Below are positions 52,178 through 64,000 of a stretch of 64,000 bases of DNA, piece after piece. The DNA comes from Octopus sinensis (Eukaryota): contig NC_043005.1 of assembly GCF_006345805.1 (NCBI RefSeq), forward strand, positions 54,188,001-54,252,000. Direction: 5' to 3'. Position numbers and translations under genes: made by a program. The notes below the pieces were generated by a model that was not told the DNA's origin, ran no database searches, and saw only the letters and a program-made list of their open reading frames with translations. Within the stretch, counting starts at the first letter, position 1; each line of letters begins with the position of its first letter.

Positions 52178-52668
52178 GTATGTTTGTTGACCATATTCTA
52201 ACTTCTGGATATTTAAATATTCTTTAATAAGTCTTCAAAGTTATATAACTTAGTTATTGAATATATTTCTCTGAGACATTGATCTTATGGCTTGACAACA
52301 GGAGACAAGGAGGGGGAATGTATGGCAATAAACTTGCCTATTGAATATGTCAAGCACGCAAAAATAAAGAAGGACTTCTCTATGATGGTCATGTCAGAAT
52401 AGAATTCTGGAATTTGTATTATTGAATATAAAGAGAAATATTAAAAGAAAGGTTAATTATTGACCTAACATGAAGTCAACTTATGAAATATCTTGATCTA
52501 AAATCAAAACTGCATTCATGACAATACAGACTTAATTATCATTTAAATTAGGTAAATTTTAATTTTTTAATGAACTATTGATTTTCTAATTATTTTCTAC
52601 TAGCTGCATGCAATTTCATTTCATTTATATATTTAATACATTGTATAATTCACAATGCAATACATCTA

Positions 52669-52725
<57 letters not shown>

Positions 52726-53590
52726 ACACACACACATAATGTTTCATATATTATTTATTATAGGTGTGTGTGCATGTGCATGTGTATAAAGGAAAAAGTG
52801 AGCTAACTTTTATAATTGCACTTAGTCCATTTTATCCTAAATGTTTCTTTTCTTAATGTAATGATTTAGCACAAATTATAGAATATGAAGCTGAATGCCT
52901 CATGGGATAAATAATTTATAGATGCCATCCACATTAATAGCTGAGTAATTGTTAGCATATTTAATATGTCAAAGTAAATGTTTTCAGATGAGGTCATAAT
53001 AAGACAGAAGTAAGTCTAGGCTTACCTCCCTTACTTGCCAAAATAATGTTAAGCAATATTAGTCACTGACTAATACTGTTATTATTCCTCACAATATAAT
53101 TATTTATAGTTAACTAATAAATGAATAACACTGGCTTAGATTTCAATATGTAGCTTTTCCTGTACTTACTTATCTTTGTCAGAACTAATTTTACCCTTCA
53201 TTCCTTCCATAACCAAATTGTATCTCTCTCTGGCAATGGTTAGCATTGTGTTCATAGTCTTTACAGAACCGACAACGAAAATATTATCTCTCACTTTGAA
53301 GCGTTTACTTTTTGCAGAACTGATACAAGAAATAAGAACAGAATACTTGACACATAAAATGAAGAAGGATGCAAGTAATCCACTTAAAAGTGACAACCAA
53401 TGCAGAATTTGAGGTTATCACTTTTATCATAAGTAGCTGTCATCATGATATAATCTATCTGTGATGTGTGATGCTGTAACCAACATTGTATGAATCAAAC
53501 ACTGTGCAGTACAATTCATAAAAAGATTGTAGTGATGAGAAAAATATGAGAAAATACAATGATGTGGAGAAAACACTCATAGCATAGAAT

Positions 53591-53804
53591 CTTTTCTACT
53601 CTAGGCACAAGACCCGAAATTTTTGGGGAGGAGCCCAGTCAATTAGATCGATCCTAGTACACAACTGGTACCTAATTTATTAACCTTGAAAGGATGAAAG
53701 GCAAAGTCAACCTTGGCGGAATTTGAACTCAGGGTGTAATGACAGACGAAATACTGCTAAGCATTCCACCCAGCATGCTAACGTTTCTGCCAGCTCGCTG
53801 CCTT
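53591..53804 (-). mobile_element. SINE family A copy with 16 bp TSD
   Basis: actcatag(c/t)atagaat at 53575-53590 and 53805-53820. Confidence 0.92.
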
Positions 53805-53914
53805 ACTCATAGTATAGAATGCTAGAGGAATATTCCTGTCAAAACCCCAGTAAAATATAAGCATAACAAAGCAACATTATGGTGTCGATGATTTGTGATA
53901 TTGGGTAGCCACAT

Positions 53915-54135
53915 GGTGGCAAGCTGGCAGAATTGTTACCACACAGGGCAAAATGCATAGCAGCATTTCATCTGTCTTTACATTCTGGGTTCAAATTCTG
54001 CAGAGGTTGATTTTGCCCTTCATCCTTTTCGGGATCGATAAAGGTAAGTACCAGCTGGGCACTGGGATCAATATATAAATGACTTAACCTCTTCCCCCTC
54101 AAAATACTGGCCTCGTGCCAAAATTTGAAAGCAAT
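53915..54135 (+). mobile_element. SINE family A copy
   Basis: ggtggcaagctggcagaa..gggttcaaattctgcagagg..cccttcatccttttcgggatcgataaa..ggcctcgtgccaaa. Confidence 0.85.
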
Positions 54136-56504
54136 GTTGTGTAGCCACATTTAGCTGCACTGATAAAATACTCAAGTATCTACATATCATGTTATGAAGT
54201 GTGTTGACATATCAAATTCTCACTGCTTCATCATCATCATCATTAAAAGTCTGCCTTATTCTGTCTATTATTTGTAAGTGGGCACCATGGTTTAATTCAG
54301 TTCACTGACATGATGTTAAGTTTACTAAGTCTGCTATGAGAGTGTGAAAAAGACAACAGGAAACTACACCTGTTATTAGATTAAGACACAGATACTCCAA
54401 AAACCTCAATCAGCCTTGTTTTAAATCTGATTCTAATTACATGATTGTTGACACACATAGTTATACATTTCATATTGAACTTATCCTGTTCAGATACCCA
54501 CCACTTGGAAGATAATTCAAACAATTAAAAATATGTTTATGGTATAAGAATTTTAATGAAACAGAAGCCTCTGTTTTGATATCCTACATATTTTCTAGAA
54601 ATAGCAACCAAATTCTTTCCCCCTAAATCACACCTTGCCACCTTGAATAAGAAAGAACACAGTGTATATTATAGTCTTATGTATATATAGGTCTATATTT
54701 CCTCTGTATAATATAGTCCTATTTATAGGACTATATATCTCTTCATTTATCAGAGCAGGCCTTGAAAACATTTATTTTCACTGATGAAGTCTAATAAAAC
54801 TAAAATATGGTCTATAGCTGTCTTTAGCATGAAAGATCACTTTTCTGTGAAATTAATTCTTAAATAATAAGTTGTGGCATAGTTGTACACTGGGAAGAAT
54901 ACCTATATGTATCTTGGATTTTTAAACACTATAATATAAAGTTCTGCAAAATCAATAATAAAACAAATAAGAACGATTTCATGATATAAGATTTTTAACA
55001 TAAAACAAGTATTTATATTAGTAACCAAATTCTTTCCAAATTTCAAGTCATAAAAATGTTATTCATAATTTTAAGCAAAAACACATTCATGTTATTATGC
55101 AAGCATATAATTGATAAAATAAGGTAAACAATGGTTTTCAATTAAAATTTAGATTGTGATCCAGAAATATGAAGAAATGTGAAAATAAATTTCTTTTATG
55201 ATGCAAATGGAAGTGTAAATAAGAGCCTTTGTTACATTGTCTAAAAGGAAATGAAGGAAAGGTTAGATACCCTGCATGATTCAAATGAGGCATCAACATT
55301 ATCTTGAACAGTTGTGATAACATTACACCAAAGTGACTCACCAACTTGCAACTGACCAAATGTGAAACTTTAATCTGGCAAACAATAAAGAAATTTTGTT
55401 TACACTTAGAACTTAATTTAGAAACAGCGACAAAAGTTTTTTTTTTTTATAGCTTTATAAATTTAAAACATAGTTTAGATATTTATTTTAACTTTCTATC
55501 CAAAGTACACCAGAAATTTTCGACTTTCTATATGGAATGCAATGCAGATGTTTTATTTGATTCTTTGCACAGCCTGAAGCCAAAAGCTTCGGAACCTTTG
55601 ATCAAGAGGTGAATTTTTACACTCTGTGGTTGGCAGGAGTGGTAGTGGTGGTAGTGGTGAGAGCAGCGGTGGGGAGAGCAGTGGTGGTGGCAGTGGCAGT
55701 GGTAGCGATGGTAGTGGAGGTTGCTGTGGTGGTGATGAGGATGGTGGTAGTGGTGGTGGTTGTTTGTATTTACATGTCTGTGAGACGGCCATTTCTCAGA
55801 TGCCTTTTATACATACCTGTGTGTCTAGCAGATGCATCATCACCAGACCAGGTGTGTAAACGTAACAAATACACAAATACCATAAATTTGCAATGTAATT
55901 ATTACCACCAAAGAACAATAGACGATCTCACTGCAAGCGAAGACTGTGACATGAATTCAATCTGTGGACGAAATCATTTTATTTCACTTGCACTGCTTAT
56001 GATCCTTCACCTATCACAAAACAAAACAAAACCAAAAAAAAACGTCATATTTCTCATTTCCTCTTCCCTAAAATATTGGGCCTTTATGCTTTCCTAGTTA
56101 AAAAGTAAATGAAAAATATCATAATATAGATTTAGCACGATCCAATTATCAATATATTACATTATTTTGCTGTCACTGAAGCTTATTTATATATGATATG
56201 CTTTATTTTTTTTTCTTCTCTGAATTAGGGTATATATAGCTAATAACTTCTTAATCCCTACTGTAACCATTGTAAATATCATGATAAAACTGGAAAATTA
56301 CTGATGTTGCCTTCTTCTGTCTTCCCCCCCACACACACACTCGTATGTATGTATTTATATATGTCACTTAGGCATTGTAATACTAATAACCTGGTGTAGA
56401 ACTCAATAGATGCATACTTCTCAATAAAGCACTTCATGTAAGAGGGTCTGAGGAAATTGTAAGGTGTTACTCAGGCACTCAACTATGAGTCTACAACATC
56501 TTAT

Positions 56505-57068
56505 AATAATAATTACAATAATAATGATAATGTTTTCTTTATTCACAACTGAAGGTTTATATAAAAGATTGGGGACATCACAGGACAACACAACACAAAA
56601 AGAGTGGGATTTAATTGTGTAAAAAGGTAATAATAAATAAAAATTCTAACAAATAAATCCTCAAAAGAGGGAGTCTTCCAAGAACTGCTCATGAAAACCC
56701 CTCAAAAACTACAATCACTCTCATCTCTGGGGCAAGTGCCCACTCCACTTTGTGGACCTAAAGGGGAATACTCTAGGCCATTTGTGTTACATTCACCCAC
56801 CTTTTAACAAAACTGCTACGAAACAGCACTTCCCTCTCTACCCGCACTTTCTTTTGAAAGTGAAACTTGAAAAAATTGATGAGATCTTGGCTAAAGATGA
56901 AAGTGTCTGTCTTCAGCCCTTTCAAACTGGTCCCTCATGCAAAATTTTTCGCTAAGGCCACTAGACAAAGAAACACTGCTTGCCCTTCCTGGCCAAAGGA
57001 AGGTGGCAGGGCAATCGTCACAATGGACTCCACTGATAGCTAGATCTGTCCAACACATGACAACAGGT
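56505..57068 (-). mobile_element. L1/Tx1-like LINE 3' fragment with (ATT)n tail
   Basis: Minus strand ..SVESIVTIALP..EGQAVFLCLVALAK..LINFFKFHFQKKVRVEREVL..FVKRWVNV.. resembles L1/Tx1 ORF2 C-terminus. Confidence 0.6.
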
Positions 57069-57089
57069 GTTTAACATAAACCCACAATG

Positions 57090-57537
57090 ATTTCAAACTT
57101 TGGCACAAGGCCAACAATCTTGGGAATGAGATAAGTCGATATCATCAGCCCCAGTACTCAACTGGTATTAATTTTATCAACCCCAAAAGAATAAAAGGTA
57201 AAGTCCACCTTGGCAGAATTTGAACTCAGAATGTCAAGGACAAAAGGACTAAGCGTTTTGTTTGGCGTGCTAATGATTCTGTCAGCTTGCCACCTTAATA
57301 AAAATAATAATGAAGATGATTTCAAATTTCGGCACAAAGCCAGCAATTTTGGGGGTACGGAGTAAGTCAATTACATGAACCCCCCCAGTGCTCAACTGCT
57401 GCTTCTTTCATCGACCCCCAAAAGAATGAAAGGCAAAGTCGACTTCAGTAGAATTTGAACACAGAATGTAATGACAGACAAACTGCTGTGAAGCATTTTG
57501 CTTGGCATGCTAACAATTCTGCCAGTTTGACACCTCA
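57090..57537 (-). mobile_element. Two tandem SINE family A copies
   Basis: Two consecutive ttcaaa(c/t)tt.ggcacaa..gaatttgaac..gttttg.ttggc.tgctaa units. Confidence 0.8.
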
Positions 57538-57589
57538 ACAACAATGGCAACATCAACAACAACAACAATAATAATAATAATGATAATTG

Positions 57590-57866
57590 TTAGCGAAATT
57601 GGGACAACTTGAATACGAAAGATGCCATGAAAATCATAGTAGGTGCATTAGATATGATAAAACAATATTCAGACAAATACATAACAAAAACACCAGGACT
57701 TACAAACACATATAACATACAGAAAATTGCACTTCTGGGCACTGCACACATCCTACACTTTCAATACAGTAACCATAAGAGCATCAAAACAAATCACAGC
57801 ACATACCCAAGGCACACAGAGCTGCGCTTGGTAGTGAAGTGAAAGCATGCTATAAAAATAAAACTA

Positions 57867-57870
<4 letters not shown>
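57590..57870 (+). mobile_element. R4/Dong extreme 3' end followed by (AAT)n
   Basis: IIVGALDMIK..PGLTNTYNIQKIALLGTAHIL, then short 3' UTR and (AAT)n at 57870-57950. Confidence 0.85.
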
Positions 57871-57940
<70 letters not shown>

Positions 57941-57951
57941 TGATAATAATA

Positions 57952-58167
57952 ATCCTTTCAACTATAGGCACAAAGCCTTAAATTTGGAGGAGGGGACTTG
58001 TTGATTACATCAACCCCAGTGTTTCACTGGTACTTAATTTATTGATCTTGAAAGGATGAAAAGCAAAGTCAACTTTGGTGGAATTTAAACTCAGAATGTA
58101 AAGATGGACGAAATGCCACTAAGCATTTTGCCCAGCATGCAAGCAATTTTGCCAGCTCACCGCCTTG
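57952..58167 (-). mobile_element. SINE family A copy
   Basis: cctttcaactataggcacaaag..gctcaccgcctt. Confidence 0.85.
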
Positions 58168-58233
58168 CTAATAATAATAGTAGTAATAGTAGTAGTGGTA
58201 GTGGTAGTGGTAGTGGTAGTGGTAGTGGTGGTG

Positions 58234-58281
<48 letters not shown>

Positions 58282-58343
58282 ATGAAGATGATGATGTCTT
58301 TAAAGGGGGTTCCTCACACAGTTATTTGCAATATCAAGTCAAG

Positions 58344-58380
<37 letters not shown>

Positions 58381-58762
58381 TGTATCTAAGCATTGCTAGA
58401 TTTTGCTGAAGAAGAACTCTATGATTAATAGGAAATAAAACTATAAAGAAGCAACTTGTCGATTTTTCCAAGAAATGGGGGTGTGAGTTATTATTATTTA
58501 TTTTTTTTTTTGTTTGTTTGTTTTTGCTTTTTGGTTTTTTTTTTTTGTCTTCTGCTGACAGCAAGTACTTAGGAAGCCCTTATAAGGAACTGAAGTAGTT
58601 TTGACATCGTTTGAGAAGAAAACACCATTTATGATCATAGCTTGTTGATGACAGGAAAAGAAATTTATCAAAGCAAATTATTGCTTAAAAACAATTCCAT
58701 GTATGGAGGTAAGATCTGAAACTACATAGTTCTTCTCTATAAATAGGTTTCTTTATTTTCTA

Positions 58763-58837
<75 letters not shown>

Positions 58838-59569
58838 TTGTATTTTTGTATTTGTTGTGTGTTTTGTTTTGCTTTTGTAGAGTGAAATGGAGTGGCATAA
58901 TGGTTTCAGGCAAATATTCCTATTTCCAGACTATGCCTAAGAATTTCTTTCCTTTAATTTTTTTCCTTTTTTTTTTCTCTTTCTCCCTCACCCCCACCCT
59001 GCTTGCTTCTTCAAATCTGACCGACAAACCAACCAACCGACCACCTACCTACCCCTACTTCCCAACCATTACTACTACTTCTCCTTCTGATCCTTCTAAT
59101 GGTCTTATATATATATATATTATTTTTTTTCCTATTTTTGTTTTGATTAATGTTTTGTTTTGTTTATTCTTTCATCTTCCGATTTGGATTTGGTAAGAGT
59201 ATCAGAACGATAGCATTTTTTTTTTCTGATGTTACCGTTGTCATTGCTGTCGTCAATGTCACCATCATCATCAACATCATTATTAGTATAATTATCATCA
59301 TCATCATCATTACAATCATCATCTTTGTTAGTATCAGCAACAAAACCCAACCATTATTGTTGTTACTGCTGTGGTCTCATCATCATCATCATCGTCATTA
59401 TCCTCAACATCATCATCATCATTAGTATAAATATCATCATTATCATCATCATCATCATTATTGTCTTCTTCAACAACAAAATTAGAAAATAAACTGGCCG
59501 TTATCGTTATAACAACTGTGATCACATCAACATTATCATCCTCATCATCACCATCACCATCATTTTGTT

Positions 59570-60169
59570 GGTCTCTCACTCAACTGTGCCCAACTCAACT
59601 CAACACATAATAATCAAGGAGTTTGCAGTGAGGGGAGTTAGGTGACCAAATGCTGGGGGTGATGTCATCGCAGAAATTGTCTGACAGCCATGACTAGGTT
59701 CTTCCAATTCTGTGGCATGGTGCAGAGTCCTGTTGCTAGATATAGGTTCTACCAGCAATCACCCTCTTGACCAAGGACAGCATTACCTTCTCCAGGCACT
59801 TGATGTAGGCTGCTTCTGTTTTGAGTGTGAAGCCATGTGGGGAAATGAATGGAGGCATAACGTTACCATCACTATTGATCACTCCAAAGACCATGATGTT
59901 GACTGGATGCTTGATTCTTATCTTGGTACGTGTCCTCAGATTGACACCCAAACACTCTGAAATGTTTGTATTGTAACTTCCAGTATGAATGCCAAGCAGT
60001 ACAGCATGTCATTTCCAAATTTCTGGCAGAGTGCCTTATGTCATGGTGCTGTTTTTCTTACAGACAGTACCCAACTGACCCTACTATACAGTGTAGTCGA
60101 CAAAATCTAAAACAAACAATGAACATGTGTGATATTAAATATATAAAATGGTGACAATTTACCCATCGC

Positions 60170-60172
<3 letters not shown>
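59570..60172 (-). mobile_element. Internally deleted Tc1/mariner (maT/DD37D-like) transposon fragment
   Basis: One end agggtgcgatgggtaaattgtcacc; KHPVNIMVFGVINSDG, QQDSAPCH, IWSPNSP..LLDYYV; HTH fused directly to the catalytic region. Confidence 0.8.
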
Positions 60173-60245
<73 letters not shown>

Positions 60246-60306
60246 ATACATACATGTATGTATATAAGTATGTAGGTAGGTATTTATATATATGTTTATA
60301 TATATA

Positions 60307-60343
<37 letters not shown>

Positions 60344-60589
60344 CATCTTCATCATCATTATCATCATTTAACATCTGCTTTTCCATGCTGGTATTGACTG
60401 GATGGTTTGACAGAAGTTGATAAGGCTGGGACCCACACCAGTCTCCATTGTCTGTTTTGACTTGGATTCTGCAACTGCATGCTTTCAAGATGCCAATCAT
60501 TTTACAGGGTGTATCAAATGCTGTTTATGTGGCACCATCACCAGTGCTTTTACATATATATATAAATGTAAATAAATTACATGATTCGA

Positions 60590-60955
60590 GGTTCAGTCCT
60601 ATTGTGTGGCACCTTTGGTGTCTTTTACTATAGCCTCAGGCCAACCAAAGCCTTGTGAGAGGATTTGGTACGGAAACTGAAAAGAAGCCAGTCGTACATA
60701 TATGCGGTGTGTACATGTGTCTGTGTGTGTGTGAGTGTATGTGTATATTTATGTGTCTGTGTTTGTCCCCACCGCCATCACTTGACAACCAATGCTGGTG
60801 TGTTTACGTCCCCGTAACTTAGCAGTTCGGCAAAAGTGACCAAAAGAATAAGTACTAGGTTTACAAAGATTGAGTCCTGGGGTCGGTTTGCTCGACTAAA
60901 GGCGATGCTCCAGCATGGCTGCAGTCAAATGACTGAAACAGATAAAAGAGTAAAA
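60590..60955 (+). mobile_element. SINE family B copy
   Basis: ggttcagtcct..gtggcacctt..ccttgtgag..gctccagcatggctgcagtcaaatgactgaaac. Confidence 0.88.
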
Positions 60956-61014
60956 TTGTACCTGTATTTATATGCGTGTATATGTGTGTATATATAATAT
61001 ATATTATATAGGCA

Positions 61015-61450
61015 CAGGAGTGGCTGTGTGGTAAGTAGCGTGCTTACCAGCCACATGGTTCCGGGTTCAGTCCCACTGCGTGGCATCTTGGGCAAGTGTC
61101 TTCTACTATAGCCTCAGGCCGACCAATGCCTTGTGAGTGGATTTGGTAGACGGAAACTGAAAGAAGCCTGTCGTATATATGTATATATATATATATATAT
61201 ATAAAATATTATTCGAGACAATATATGTATTTGTGTGTATGTTTGTGTGTCTGTGTTTGTCCCCCTAGCATTGCTTGACAACCGATGCTGATGTGTTTAC
61301 GTCCCCGTCACTTAGCGGTTCGGCAAAAGTGACCGATAGAATAAGTACTGGGCTTACAAAGAATAAGTCCCGGAATCGATTTGATCGACGAAAGGCGGTG
61401 CTCCAGCATGGCTGCAGTCAAATGACTGAAACAAGTAAAAGAGTAAAAAG
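61015..61450 (+). mobile_element. SINE family B, full length (reference copy)
   Basis: ggagtggctgtgtggtaag, ggttcagtccc, tgggcaagtgtc, internal microsatellite, (AAAGAGT)n tail. Confidence 0.92.
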
Positions 61451-61699
61451 AGTATGTGTGTGTGTGTATGTGTGAGTGCATGTCTGTGTGTAATTACAGC
61501 TAACTGGCATTTAACTAATAAGCACATTGAATAGAAGACCATGTTTCTTCCCATGCAGTAGTGCAGATATCATCTGCTCAGCTATCAGCATGAAGCCTTA
61601 GGATGGATTTAATGTTTTAAATCACCCATTCGCATGCACAAACACTCACGCAAGCTAATAATGTACATTGCACAGATACAGACATACAGAGGCTAATAT

Positions 61700-61878
61700 A
61701 CATTACACACACACACACATACATACACTCATTCATACATATATACACACAGAGATATTTCCTTAATATGTGTGAGTGTGTGTGGTGCGTGTGTTCATAT
61801 GAGTGTGTTCCCACATTGTGTGCATGTATATGTGTGTATGTGTGTATACACACACACATAATATATGCACATATAAAT

Positions 61879-61927
<49 letters not shown>

Positions 61928-62100
61928 ATATATATACATATATATGATATATATATATATACATACATATATATACACAAATGAATTGAAAATGGAGATG
62001 TGTATATATATATACATATACATATACATATATATATATATACATATATACATATACATACTTCATACATGCATACATATATATATATGCATATGTGTAT
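61700..62100. repeat. (CA)/(TG)/(TA) microsatellite mosaic
   Basis: Directly visible. Confidence 0.9.
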
Positions 62101-62639
62101 AAGCTGATTAATGGAAGAAGGGGGAAGGATGAAAGAATGGAAAAGAAAAGAAGAGAAATGAAGAAAGAAAGAATGATATTGTCTTGTAATACAACTGAAA
62201 GCTTACCAATTCCAAAGCAGCAAAGATACAAGTATGATTATGGATTTGAAGACTGGGCTTTAGAATGAATTTCAGTAGAACAGTAGAAGGTTGGTTAGCT
62301 AGCTGGCTGGCTGGTTGGCTGGTTGGTTGGTTGGTTGGTTGATTGATTGTCTGGTTGGTTGGTGGGTTAGGTGGTGGGTGAGTTTTTAGGTAGATTTTGT
62401 TAATATGCATTGCAGGATATTTTGATTTGGTTTGTACTAACTGGTTGAATGAAGTAGGACACTAAAACATTGTGTGGATTAGTGAACAACATGCATCCTC
62501 TTCCTCCTCATCATCATTATCATCATCATCGTCGTCGTCATTATCATTATCATCATCATTATTTGAACTCAGAACATAAAGACAGATATAAAGTGTTTTG
62601 CCTGGTGTGCTAATGATTCCACCAGCTTACCATCCTATT

Positions 62640-62846
62640 TTATTCTTTTACTTGTCTCACTCATTTGACTGCAGCCATGCTGGAGCACCACCTTAGTGGA
62701 CTTGTTTTTTTTTAAGCCTAATACATATTTTATCAGTCTCTTTGGCCAAACCGCTAAGTTATGGAGTCATAAGCACACCAACATCTACTGTCAAGCGATG
62801 ATGGTGAGGGCACAACACAAACATAAAAATACACACACATAGATAT

Positions 62847-62903
<57 letters not shown>

Positions 62904-63070
62904 TGTGTGTACAATGGGCTTCTTTCATTTTCCATCTACCAAATCTACTCACAAGGCTTTGGTTGGCCTGAGGCTGTAGCAGAAGACACTTGTCCAAAGT
63001 GCCACACAGAGGGACTGAACCAGAAACCATATGGTTGAGAAGCAAGCTTTTTACCACAGAACCATGACTG
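62640..63070 (-). mobile_element. SINE family B copy
   Basis: Reverse complement of consensus. Confidence 0.88.
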
Positions 63071-63399
63071 TGCCTATCTTATATGCATATATATATTTTA
63101 ATTTCCCTTAGGCACAATGATAGTAATAACAAGTCATTAGAACTCAATATACATAAGCAATAGACAATATTGTTAGACATGTAGAATTTAATATAAATTA
63201 GTGAATGACATGAGAACAGGAATTACATAACCATCTTCAATACCATGCAGCTATTTCTGCTAGTAGACGTTGCACAAGCACTCAGCTCTGACTGCGCAGC
63301 TTCTAACAGCAGAAACAGCTGTAAGCCAATGAAGTTGATTACATAATTCCTGTTCTCTTATCTTTCAGTTCAATAATTTAAGCATACATATTTTATCTT

Positions 63400-63850
63400 T
63401 TATCTCTTACTTGTTTCAGTCACTAGACCGTGGCCATGCTGGGCACTGCTTGGAAGAACTTTTGCTGAATGAATCAACTACTGTATTTATTTTATTGGTC
63501 TCTTTTACCAAATGCTAAGTTACAGGGACATAAACACACCAATACCAGTTGTCAAGCTGTGGTGGGAGTCAAACACAGACTCAAAAGACACACACATGTA
63601 TATGTGTGTGTATGTGAGTGTGTATTATATGTATGTATGTATGTATGTATGTATGAATGTATGTATCTATGCATGTAAGTTTGTATGTATGTATCTATAC
63701 AATGAGCTTCGTTCAGTTTTCGTTTACCACATCCACTCACAAGGATTTGGTCAGCCTGAGGCTATGGTAGAAGACACTTGCCCAAGGTACCGTGCAGTGG
63801 GACTGAACCCAGAACCATGTGGCTGGGAAACAAACCTCTTACCCACACAG
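63400..63850 (-). mobile_element. SINE family B copy
   Basis: Reverse complement of consensus. Confidence 0.85.
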
Positions 63851-64000
63851 TTACACAGGTAGGCTTTATTCTGTTAAATTTCTAAACCAGCTATGTTCAA
63901 TGTTCAATGTCAATCTATCAGTCTAAACAGTCTGTTATTGACCTCATTCTTCTCTCTCTCTCTCTCTCGCTCTCTCTCTCTATCTATCTATCAATCTATT

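Noticed and set aside
53166-53396. Minus-strand ORF resembling a signal-peptide first exon, phase-compatible with a candidate exon at 49940-49846
   Set aside because: The listed 'M' is TTG with an in-frame stop shortly upstream; phase match is a 1-in-3 chance; no family recognised; the opposite strand is equally open.
54781-54815. CTGATGAAGTC.. possible hammerhead (weaker ones near 590 and 28355)
   Set aside because: GAAA box and stem II are broken; cannot be supported from these copies alone.
55342-55374. 33 nt minus-strand exon candidate with strong splice sites (similar ones near 17800 and 62210)
   Set aside because: Candidates occur on both strands at a rate plausible for random AT-rich DNA; no consistent gene model.
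63245-63320. ATG-initiated MQLFLLVDVAQALS.. ending at gtaagc
   Set aside because: Short, acidic residue in the hydrophobic core, and the next acceptor would give a ~47 nt intron.

Overview
AT-rich, extremely microsatellite- and transposon-dense animal genomic DNA. The repeat repertoire suggests a coleoid cephalopod, most likely Octopus (inference from recalled repeat families, not a database search). I find no confidently supportable host protein-coding gene; most ORF-track hits are microsatellite translations. Recognisable coding sequence is all decayed transposon: an irritans-type mariner with intact TIRs nested in a SINE, Tc1 and maT-like fragments, three R4/Dong fragments sitting in (TAA)n-type microsatellites, RTE, CRE-like and L1/Tx1 LINE fragments, plus many copies of three tRNA-headed SINE families. 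Features worth a second look: two long fold-back palindromes (3.9-4.4 kb and 27.4-27.8 kb), several hammerhead-ribozyme-like motifs in Penelope-like termini, a young higher-order tandem array built from an RTE LINE 3' UTR, a TSD-flanked dimeric SINE, a rearranged block at 39.5-42.7 kb, and weak plus-strand exon candidates. Repeat boundaries are read by eye (typically +/- tens of bp) and percent identities are rough manual estimates.
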